A DNA stretch of 64,000 nucleotides from Eledone cirrhosa. Its lineage: Eukaryota. Location of the stretch: contig OZ024745.1 of the NCBI GenBank assembly GCA_964016885.1, forward strand, positions 100,812,001 to 100,876,000. The letters run 5' to 3'. The position numbers and the translations under genes were made by a program. Shown here piece by piece: positions 54,073-64,000 of the stretch (position 1 is its first letter; the number at the start of each line of letters is the position of its first letter). The notes beneath the pieces were generated by a model, which was not told the origin of the DNA, ran no database searches, and was given only the letters and a program-made list of their open reading frames with translations.

Positions 54073-55314
54073 AGAAAAATATGTTTGTGTTTGTGTATGT
54101 ATGTGTACAATTATAAATAAAATAAAAATACAAATAAAACACAAATAAAAACAGAATGATAATGATATGGTTTCTGATTTAGGCACAAGGCCAACAATGT
54201 TAGGGGAATGTCGATTACAAAGACACTCGTACGTGCCTTGTACTTTATTTTATCGACCTCGGAAAGATGAAAGGAAAATCTTGATGCTTATGAACTGAAG
54301 ACATAAAAAACCGTAACCAAATATCAGAAGACATTTTGCGCTACGTTTAACGATTGTGCCTGGAATTTTCTGGTATATCAATCTTGATGCATTTCTCACT
54401 TTTTACTAGCTTCGTTATTGATATTAGATAGGTGGCAAAAGTTTGGCTTTCATCAGAATTTCAATTTCTCATCCGATGACAGGTTTCTTAAAACTCCCAA
54501 ATAAATACGGGTGTAAAAAGTTAATAAATAAATAAATATATATATAAACTCAATCAGTTTTTTTTTTCTTGGTTTTATTACTACTAAAATCTATGTTATT
54601 TGATCAGATTTGACGGATTTTATGAAGGACCCCCCCCCCCCCGCCCATAAACAGACATTATTTCCCTTGCATGTTTATCAGAAACGTGATTCTAGTTGCT
54701 TTATATAAACAAAATTTGTTTCTTTAATAGTGTACACAGAGATCTTAATAGAATGTTGGCAACTACGTGAACATAAATAAGATTAGCTCGTTAAGAAAAG
54801 AAAAATCGTAGAAATTAAGCATCAGATTATATCTGAATACAACTGCCAACATTACAGGCAGAGCTGTCGGATTCGATCGCACTTTGTTGAAGCTTAGTCG
54901 TGTCTTCTATCACGGTCTCAGATTGACCAATGATATTTGAATGACAAAAACTGTGAAGAACATAGAATATACACACACATACACGTGTGTATGTATGAAG
55001 AAGAAGAATATTTTGGAGGTATATCTGTTATTTTCTAACTCTGGAAAGAGACAATATTGCTGATGGGAGGGAATGTTCCTTCGCAACACCATATTTGTAA
55101 AGTTGCAGAAGCGGTGCAGAGTAGCATGTAAGGGCATTGCTTACATTCCTTTAAGTTTGCCTTCAAACCTCACTGAATCAAGCTTAATTCTCTTCCTTCT
55201 GGGATCAATGAAATTATTACCATTGATAATCTATTAATCTTTTCTGATACAAATTTTAGAGCCTTCTGTTGAAGTTAAGAATCTTAGCAGAAACCACATA
55301 AATAACGCCTAAAT

Positions 55315-55500
55315 AATTGTTTCTACTTTAGGCACAAGGCCAGCAAATTACCCAGTGCATTACTGGTACTTTATTTTATCGACCTCGTAAGGATGAAAGG
55401 CAAAGTAAACCTCGGCGGGATTTGAACTCAGAATGGCAAGGGCCGTAACTCTATGCGTCAAAGCATGGCGTCCGACTCTCTACCAATACTGCCAATCCAC
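55315..55500 (-). mobile_element. SINE family 1
   Basis: Full-length minus copy. Confidence 0.85.
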
Positions 55501-55819
55501 CAAATAATAAGAGTAATTAGTTTCCTTCCTCTAAGTTCTAATCTGCAATCTCAAGAGGAGCCGAGTTTATTGTTCTTCACTATAAAATAAGACAACAGGT
55601 AACAGTAATGTATAAGGTTTCATTTATTCGACTATGCCCCCTTCATACTTCCATCCATACCGACATCTCTATTTTTAACTTGGCATGGTAGAGTGATACC
55701 AATTGAAAATCGCTGGACTAATGCATTTTAATAACCCTTCCCTGCTTCTGTGTTAGAATTCAACAGTTTTCGGTTTTGCATGTGTTGTGTTTTGCATGTT
55801 CTGGAATCATCCCAATCGA

Positions 55820-56166
55820 CTATATAAGGTAAAGACCCTCTTCGGCCACGAATGACCAAGGAGTTTGCACCTAGAAAGTTTCCATCCGAGGCACAAGTCC
55901 AGGCAAGGTTGTTTGTGGAAGACCAGCAGTTGCCCATGCATACCAGCCTCCTCTCTCCACGCCACCGATGATGTCCAAGGGAAAGGCAATAGCCGATACA
56001 GCTTTGAACCAGTGACGTCGCAACTCATTTCTACAGCTGAGTAAATTGGATCAACGTGAAATAAAGTGTCTTGCTCAAGAACACAACGCATCACCCGGTC
56101 CAAGAATCTGACTCACAACCTTCCGATTGCAGGCCCAATGCTCTAACCACTAAGCCATGCGCCTTC
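55820..56166 (-). mobile_element. Long tRNA-derived SINE (family 2 head, different 3' part)
   Basis: Reverse complement GAAGGCGCATGGCTTAGTGGTTAGAGC...TTCTTGAGCAAGACACTTTATTTCACG. Partial homolog at 60035-60255. Confidence 0.8.
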
Positions 56167-57374
56167 TTAATCGACTTTATCAAACCTCGAAAAATGTATG
56201 TCTTTGTTCCAGTGTGTTGAATCTATATCATCTTTAGAATTACTTTCATACATACGTTTGTAGCCCATCAAACTATCAACAGCGATTGTAACTTTTTACA
56301 TCGCCTGTCATACTGACCAAATTATGAACTCATTCTGTAAAAAGATATATTTTAAAAGAACTGACTTACCACTTGGTCGTGAGAATTTCACGTTATGTTC
56401 TTATTTTCTTGTTACACAAGCACATTCACATAAACACATTAACATACATACGTTTACATACACCTGTGTATGTGTGTGTGTGTATGTGTGTGTGTTTGTG
56501 TCTGTGTGTGTGTGTGTAAGTAAACAGGAATTTTGTTGTTAAAAACTGAGAGGAGAAATGAGAAACAAAGGAAAGAAAGAGAGGTGGTGTGTTTCGCCCA
56601 CTCAATTTTGGTTTATTCCATTGATAGTTTTTTTTTCCCCAAATTTTTAAAGTTTAATTTCGTTATACGATAGCATTGAAGCATTACCAGTAGCATGGAT
56701 AGTTGACAGCAGCACACAAGAGTTCATTGTCTTTAACCTTTGCTCCTTGACATAAATGGCTGTTTCTCACATGCCTTTTCGTCACCACAGCTAACTTATT
56801 CTCTGAGGTGCTGCTTTCATTTTCTTTATGCTGTCATTTTGTTTTACCGGATATTTGCCATGTCATATATACAGAAAAAGGATACTTTCAAGAAAGGAAT
56901 GGCAAGCATATATTAAGTCCGTTTACTTTTTATATAACAGAATGTGCTAAATTTAGTTTGAACAGTCTTCTATTTTGCCAAAAACCCCTGTATTTGGTCT
57001 GGGATTTATTTTGTTGGACTTGTAAGTACAAATCTTGATCAATCTTGCCTTAAAGGGACAAAACTAGAACAGAAGCAAATACTGTGAGGCTGTGAGGTAG
57101 TTGTGTTCAACAATTTTATCAATCACATTTTCATACACACACACGCACACACGCACAAACACGCACACATACACACACAATTAATTGAGGCAAAGTCACA
57201 TCTTATTTCGGATTAAATTTGTAAATTGAGTTATAACCATACATTTAATAAATGTATTGAATTTCACTGAGAAAATAGACATCGCTGTTAACCGACATGC
57301 GCTATTTCCACAGCGAGTTAAACTATATGCTTATTAAATATATATCCTTGCAACTCTGTTTACATCACACACAC

Positions 57375-57472
<98 letters not shown>

Positions 57473-57515
57473 TTGCTTAAATTTTCATTCTCCGCTAACA
57501 CACTCACATACGCGT

Positions 57516-57588
<73 letters not shown>

Positions 57589-57650
57589 ACGTTTTTTAGT
57601 TCCTTCCTCTTCTCACTCTCTATCTTCCTATTTAATCTTTTATTTCTGAT

Positions 57651-57696
57651 TCTATCTTCTGATGAAGGACTAGTGTCCGAAACGTTTCGACAGGTC
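57651..57696 (+). ncRNA. Candidate degenerate minimal hammerhead
   Basis: CTGATGA-a ggac tagt gtcc-GAAACGTTTC with palindromic stem III. Stem I is weak. Confidence 0.45.
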
Positions 57697-57865
57697 CTGA
57701 TGAATGACATGTGCCAACGTCTTCAGGTGTAATTCACATAAAAAGATTTAAAAGTTAAGTAATCAATTAGTAGATTATGGCAAAATATAAATGAAGAATT
57801 GAAATGGAGGCTCGCAATCCGTCAAATCGATCTCAGTAATACGGCCTCCGAAGGGTACTCCCCCA

Positions 57866-57958
<93 letters not shown>

Positions 57959-57976
57959 TGTATATATATATATATA

Positions 57977-58003
<27 letters not shown>

Positions 58004-58007
<4 letters not shown>

Positions 58008-58227
58008 AGTATTAATAAAATAGATGTTCTTTTGATCAATTACATTTTATTATACATATTTCGGATGTACAACAGTACGTCCTCATCAGACAAAATATAA
58101 TGATACATGACATGACATGGTCATGTATCATTATATTTTGTCTGATGAGGACGTACTGTTGTACATCCGAAATATGTATAATAAAATGTAATTGATCAAA
58201 AGAACATCTATTTTATTAATACTTATA
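58004..58227. repeat. Perfect ~105 bp-arm fold-back with a hammerhead in each arm (family E)
   Basis: 58004-58111 appears to be an exact reverse complement of 58120-58227. Adjacent to (TA)n. Confidence 0.95.
58130..58192 (+). ncRNA. Minimal type-I hammerhead ribozyme motif (family E); mirror copy ~58039-58101 on -
   Basis: attatattttgt-CTGATGA-ggacgtac tgtt gtacatcc-GAAA-tatgt-ATA-ataaaatgtaat. 12 bp stem I with 2 G-U pairs; 8 bp stem II with one mismatch. Confidence 0.85.
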
Positions 58228-58432
58228 TTAATAACACCTAAAAATTATTTTTCCCTTGAGTGCTTCCATTCTACTGTAAAAATCATTCTTTGACATAATC
58301 ATCGAATATTGTTTAACAATTTAATATATATATATATATATAGTAATAATAATAAATTTGAAGACTAAAATCCAAAGAGGGTTCGATAAGGATAAATATA
58401 TATCAAATATATAAGAACTGTAGAGCAAATAT

Positions 58433-58785
58433 TTATTAAAATAACAGATTAAAGTTTAAGCAAAGAATCCCTGCTTTCACCCTTATCAACCACCTAATAG
58501 AATATTAGTCTACGACTTCATTTATACCATAAACGTGGTTTTGTCTTTGCGTGTAATTGTTTTCAACGCTCCAGATAATGACGTATTATCTTCTTTTTTT
58601 TCCGTTCTTTGCCAGGGAACGTTTCCACGAACCAAAGTATCGTCTTCCTGTCTTCCTCCGGTTGCAACGTTTTTTGAAATATTTACTTCTGCGTTCACAG
58701 ATTGACTTTTTTAGTTTCAGAAGATCCCGTTAAGGAGGAAAGCAGCGATTCTTTGCTTAAACTTTAATCTTTTATTTTAATAAAT
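58433..58785. mobile_element. Penelope-pLTR-like element, family F, with short inverted end
   Basis: 58433-58486 pairs with 58731-58785. The body is homologous to 63420-63700 (-) and 48770-48830 (-). Hammerhead-like CAGAAGA-tcccgttaagg-GAAA has a non-canonical core. Confidence 0.65.
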
Positions 58786-58787
58786 AA

Positions 58788-58874
<87 letters not shown>

Positions 58875-58877
<3 letters not shown>

Positions 58878-59289
58878 CTTGGTCAGTGTCCAAGTCTCAG
58901 ACCCGTACAGTAGCACATACTCCACTACAATAATGAAGAGGCGGATCTTCAGGTCCACACGAAGGTCCGACTTCCACACCGATCTCAAACTGTGGCACGC
59001 CACCAGGCTTTGCTCTTCTTCTCAACCACATTATCTTCCGTATTCCCAATCCTTGCTCCCAAATACAGGAAGTCCTCAATTAATTCCAGCGGCTTCCCGC
59101 CTACATTAGTAATCTCCTCTGGCTTCTCAACATGGACACACTGGAAGAAGAAGACCAAGGATAATGTATGTTGATGCCCTAAGGACAGACACTGGTTTGT
59201 TGGAGACGCAGGACATGGCAGCGATAATGAGGGACAGAGACCGGTGGGGTGAACTCGTCCATAGATCTAGGGAATTTTACCCGCCCTAG
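58875..59289. mobile_element. Second RTE-clade LINE copy with inverted 5' part (58875-59129 -, 59130-59289 +)
   Basis: Same family as 5-895 and the same 3' end GGGAATTTTACCC(G/T)CCCT, but a different inversion junction. Confidence 0.85.
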
Positions 59290-59331
<42 letters not shown>

Positions 59332-59335
<4 letters not shown>

Positions 59336-59528
59336 ACAAAAGTTAGTACACCATACCGAGAACAATTGTTTCACCTTATGCAGATCTTCAGCTCGGAGCT
59401 GAAGATCCGCATAAGGTGAAACGACTGTTCTCGCTATGGTGAACTAACTGTTGTGTTACTACTCCTACCAAACTCGTCCCATGGAGTGAGTGCTCTTCCA
59501 CTACAGATATTACCTTCCAGTGTTCTAC

Positions 59529-59532
<4 letters not shown>
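59332..59532. mobile_element. Head-to-head hammerhead pair, family G, with right-arm extension
   Basis: Centre cagctc gg agctg. Minus arm: ccgag-CTGAAGA-tctgcataaggt-GAAAC aatt GTT-ctcgg, with palindromic AACAATTGTT stem III. The plus arm at 59396-59432 is a variant. Confidence 0.75.
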
Positions 59533-59602
<70 letters not shown>

Positions 59603-59605
<3 letters not shown>

Positions 59606-59983
59606 GGAAAAAGTTTAACCCCGACGGCAGAGCCCAAGTCGTCACGACGGCTATTTCTGGACTAAATTAAAATTTTTAGCGTGGTAATAAATAGTCGAAC
59701 TTTTCAAGGTGTATTTCCTTATATGGGAAGATTGTAGTTGTCATAAGGATTGGTCAAACAATCCTTTTGACAACTACAATCTTCCCATATAAGGAATTAC
59801 ACCTTGAAAAGTTCGCCTATTTATTACCACGCTAAAAATTCTAATTTAGTCCAGAAATAGCCGTCGAGACGACTTGAGCGCTGCCGTCGGGGTTAAACTT
59901 TTTCCTATTACCCACTCAACTACCCTAAGTATTGAGTACTCTGGTGCGTTATGGTCCATCTGGTTCCTTACCACACTTCCTTC

Positions 59984-59987
<4 letters not shown>
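59603..59987. mobile_element. Fold-back element, family D (about 150 bp arms, right arm extended), in (TA)n
   Basis: 59603-59751 pairs with 59758-59908; centre aaggattg gtcaaa caatcctt. Confidence 0.9.
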
Positions 59988-60031
<44 letters not shown>

Positions 60032-60284
60032 GAGAGAAGGACCTCCTTCTATAGGACGAATGATGATGGGATTTCCACCTAGAAAGCTCTCCTTTGAAGC
60101 ACAAATATGGGCAAATTTGTTCGTGGAAGACCAGCAGTTACCCAGGCATATCAGGTTCCCCGCTTCACGCCACTGATGTTGCCGAGGAAATGGCAATATC
60201 CGATAGAGCTTGGCACCAGTAACGTCGCAATTCATCTATACAGCTGAGTAAACTGTAATATAAACTTATATATATATATATATA

Positions 60285-60483
60285 CGTTATTCCGGGTTGA
60301 ATCGGAGGTAACCACAGTAAGTAAGGTACTCAATACATAGCAGAGTATAACAGTTTTAATATAGATGAGATTCTACAGGACTAGAACTGTTTCATTCATT
60401 TGAAATCATCAGGAATCATGAGATTCCTGATGATTTCAAATGAATGAAACAGTTCTAGTCCTGTAGAATCTCATCTATATTAA

Positions 60484-60488
<5 letters not shown>
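60285..60488. mobile_element. Head-to-head hammerhead pair, family A, with left-arm extension
   Basis: 60352-60417 pairs with 60422-60487. (TA)n on both sides. Confidence 0.88.
60418..60474 (+). ncRNA. Type-I hammerhead ribozyme motif (family A); mirror copy ~60369-60417 on -
   Basis: atgagattc-CTGATGA-t ttc aaat gaa t-GAAACAG ttctagtc CT-GTA-gaatctcat. 9 bp stem I. Confidence 0.82.
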
Positions 60489-60534
<46 letters not shown>

Positions 60535-60851
60535 GCTGACGGCCGTATGTATGTAACAAACTTTTGGCAAAACGGCTGTAACTTAGATATAACTTTTTCC
60601 AAGTAAGAAAATGAGGGTATTTTTGTCTTCTAAATTTCGTTAAAAGATTAACAATATTTTATTGTTTATTTAAATATTCACTTCCTTAAAATTTCAAATG
60701 TCAACACTTCAGGTTATACGACATTCCTCTCTCTTTCTTAGTCTGTCTTTTTAGATAGATACATAGTTATAACGTCGCGCCCTTATAATATGTCTCTGTA
60801 TGTCTGGCTGTCTGTATTATGAAAGCCATTCCGTACATTGACTTTGATATC

Positions 60852-60885
<34 letters not shown>

Positions 60886-61284
60886 TATATATATAGTGTG
60901 TATATATATATATTGTGTGTATATTTATATAGTGTTAGTATAAGAGAGTTTAATTTGTACATTTTATTACAGCATTCCTTTATACGTATATATACGTATA
61001 TATACATAAACATATTATTTACAGTTGTATAAAAAAGAAGTATAATTGTTTCTACTTTTGGCACAAGACCACCAATTATCCCAGTACATTACTGGTTCTT
61101 TATTATATATAATATATATAATACGACATTCCTCTCTCTTTCTTACTCTGTCTTTTTAGATAGATACATAGCTATAACGTCGCGCGCTTAAAATATCTGT
61201 CTGTCTGGCTGCCTGTCTGCATTGACTTCGCTTCTAACCAACTTTTAATTAATTATATATATATATAATTATACATTCGTGTAC

Positions 61285-61930
61285 ATATTTTCAACAGTAA
61301 TACTGTACTATATATTTTCAACAGTAATACTATACTATACATTTTCAACGGTAATACTATATGTATCCAACAGTCATACTATACTATATATTTTCAACAG
61401 TAATACTATACTATACTATATATTTTCAACAGTAATACTGTAAGGTACTATATATTTTCAACATTAATATGACACCATATATTTTCAACAGTAATACTAT
61501 ACTAAATGTTTTCAACAGTAATACTGTACTATATATTTTCAAGAGTAATACTATACTATACTATATATTTTCAAGAGTAATACTGTACTGTACTATATAT
61601 TTTCAACAGTAATACTTTATTATATATTTTCAACAGTAATACTGTACTATATATTTTCAACAGTAATACTATCCTATATATTTTCAACAGTAGTACCTTA
61701 TTATATATTTTCAACAGTAATACTATTCTATATATTTTCAACAGTAATACTGTACTATATATTTTCAACAGTAATACTATACTATATGTTTTCAACAGTC
61801 ATTCTATAATATACTATATATTTCCAACAGTAATACTATACTATATATTTCCAACAGTAATACTATACTATATATTTTCAACAGTAATACTATACTATAC
61901 TATATATTTTCAACAGTAATACCATACTAC
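61285..61930 (+). repeat. Minisatellite, ~27 bp unit TATATATTTTCAACAGTAATACTATAC
   Basis: More than 20 tandem copies, adjacent to a Helentron-like terminus at 61953-61980. Confidence 0.93.
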
Positions 61931-62354
61931 ACAGACAGCTTATCGTCTGTTTATCCAAGCGAAGCTAGGTACGTCAGCTATATATATATATGGGTGCCGT
62001 AGAACACGCCAATGGTACCCGGACGCCAGCCGAACGGGCCAGCTAGTATATATACTCTTTTACTCTTTTACCTGTTCCTGCCATCCGTCTGAGGCCATGC
62101 TGGGGTACCGCCCTTATATATATATATCCTACTTCAAATAGAAGTACTACAATAGGAATCTGTTCATATGAGTACTGGACAGAGAGGTTAACGACACGTT
62201 AAACCAGTAGCATGTCAATGGAAAAATACATCTTGATTCATCTGAAGAAAACATGTAAGGTGGTTATTATATAACTACCTTTGTAGCTTTGAAATACGTA
62301 TAATGAATTATATAATAAAATGACGATGCACGAATATAACCGTCTCTCTCTTAT

Positions 62355-62570
62355 ATCTATATATATAAAACTGATGTTGTCTGTGTGTGTGTCCTCATTT
62401 TTGCAAAGTCTATACAAATCCACATTTCTACTCCGATTGACTTCAAACTTGCATTTATATATTCCTTGTGGTCTAAAAATACTAACTGCCGCTTTTATTT
62501 TTCAATTTTCTGTTGTTAAAGGGGTGTTAGGCGCCGGTTATCCATCTCCGTCGAGCCCTTATAATATCTG
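62355..62570 (+). mobile_element. Helentron/DINE-like terminal fragment
   Basis: ATCTATATATATAAAA...TGTCTGTGTG...CCGATTGACTTCAAACTT pattern. Confidence 0.45.
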
Positions 62571-62649
62571 TCTGTAAGTCTAACTGTCTGCATAACGACA
62601 GTCTGACAAACACGTCATTGTTGACGTATTATCTTCGCTACATTCACAC

Positions 62650-62715
<66 letters not shown>

Positions 62716-63047
62716 ACACACACACACACATATATATATACATATATACTTATATATACATATATATATATACACATATATACATATACACACACATATA
62801 CACATATATATATATATTTATATATACACACACACAGATACATTGCAGGTTGCTTTAACCCGTCTTTTATTATTCAAAAAACTTCTTGCCAATAAATATT
62901 AACCCTTTGAGCGCCATTCATCTAACTGTAGACCAAGTAAACGGAACATTGACAAGAACGATGGCGAATGAATCTTCGAGGTAAGCAGTTTCCTCCCGAG
63001 CTGTTACTTCACGCGGGATTCACTGCTACACCTTTTCGTAATAATAC

Positions 63048-63230
63048 CTGTTTCTACTTTAGGCACAAGGCCAGCAATTACCCAGTGCATTACTGGTACT
63101 TTATTTTATCGACCCCCGTAAGGATGAAAGGCAAAGTCAACCTCGGCGGGATTTGAACTCAGATCGTAAAGGGACGTAACTATGCTTGAAAGCATGGCGT
63201 CCGACCCTCTACCGATACTGCCAATCCACG
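63048..63230 (-). mobile_element. SINE family 1
   Basis: Full-length minus copy. Confidence 0.85.
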
Positions 63231-63337
63231 AACAACGTTCAGCTGGTCACTCCTACCTCCAAAAGCCGTACAAAGCATCTCTCTCTCTCTCTCTCTCTCT
63301 CCCTCCCCCTCTCTCCCTCCCCCCCCCCCTCTCTCTC

Positions 63338-63419
<82 letters not shown>

Positions 63420-63700
63420 GAACAGATTAAAGTTTAAGCAAAGAATCGCTGCTTTCAACATTAACGGGATCTTCTGAAACTAAAAAAATTTATCTGTGAA
63501 CGCAGAAGTAAATATTTCGAGAAACGTTGCAACCGAAGGAAAAGAGGAAGACGATATTTTGGTTCGTGAAGACGTTCTCTGGCAATGAAGGAAAAAAAGC
63601 GAGGATAATACGTCGTTATGTGGACTAAGAAGAACAATTTCATACAAAGACAAGACCAAGTTTATAGTATAAATGGAGACGTTAGACTAATATTCTATTT
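63420..63700 (-). mobile_element. Family F element copy
   Basis: Reverse-complement homolog of 58497-58775. Confidence 0.7.
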
Positions 63701-64000
63701 AAAATAATCGAATGATTTCCAGCCCCGGAGTTTAAGAATGATGTAAATAAAATTGAAAACGAAAATGACAGAGGTTATTAAAATAGTAAAAGTAAATAGT
63801 GAAGATTTAGTACATACGTATGCACCGAAGGACATACACATACATATACATACGCACACACAAATACATACACACATACAAACACACACACACAAGCGCA
63901 CGCGTGTGTGTGTAAACCTTGTGCATTTCTACAGTATTTTCACCAAACTTAAGACATAGGTTACTTATGTACTCCGGATGGTCATTGGCACTTTCATTTT

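Noticed and set aside
56600-57060. Repeat-free unique stretch, possible exon or conserved non-coding element
   Set aside because: No convincing ORF or splice pair; it would need cross-species alignment.
61285-61930. Repetitive ORF (LLLKIY)n
   Set aside because: Translation of a 27 bp minisatellite.

Overview
AT-rich, microsatellite-dense animal genomic DNA. The (TA)n/(CA)n/(TACA)n density and SINE style suggest an octopus or other cephalopod; this is inference. I could not support any host protein-coding exon, and nearly all short ORFs in the track are microsatellite artefacts. The window is mostly mobile-element remains: a ~4.2 kb degenerate L1/Tx1-clade LINE plus a second fragment, three head-to-tail R4/Dong-like RLE retrotransposon pieces in (TACA)n, several RTE-clade fragments (two with 5' inversions), a Chapaev3-like DNA transposon with TIRs and an open transposase core, hAT/mariner MITEs, Helentron-like elements, over 20 tRNA-derived SINE copies and a truncated U2 snRNA pseudogene. 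The strongest unexplained signal is a set of at least five sequence-unrelated small non-coding element families carrying type-I hammerhead ribozyme motifs (CUGANGA...GAAA...NUH with pairing stems I-III). They sit in (TA)n tracts and are mostly arranged as head-to-head fold-backs with one ribozyme per strand; one is a ~330 bp terminally redundant retrozyme-like unit. They resemble Penelope pLTR or retrozyme insertions. All coordinates and folds were read by eye and are approximate.
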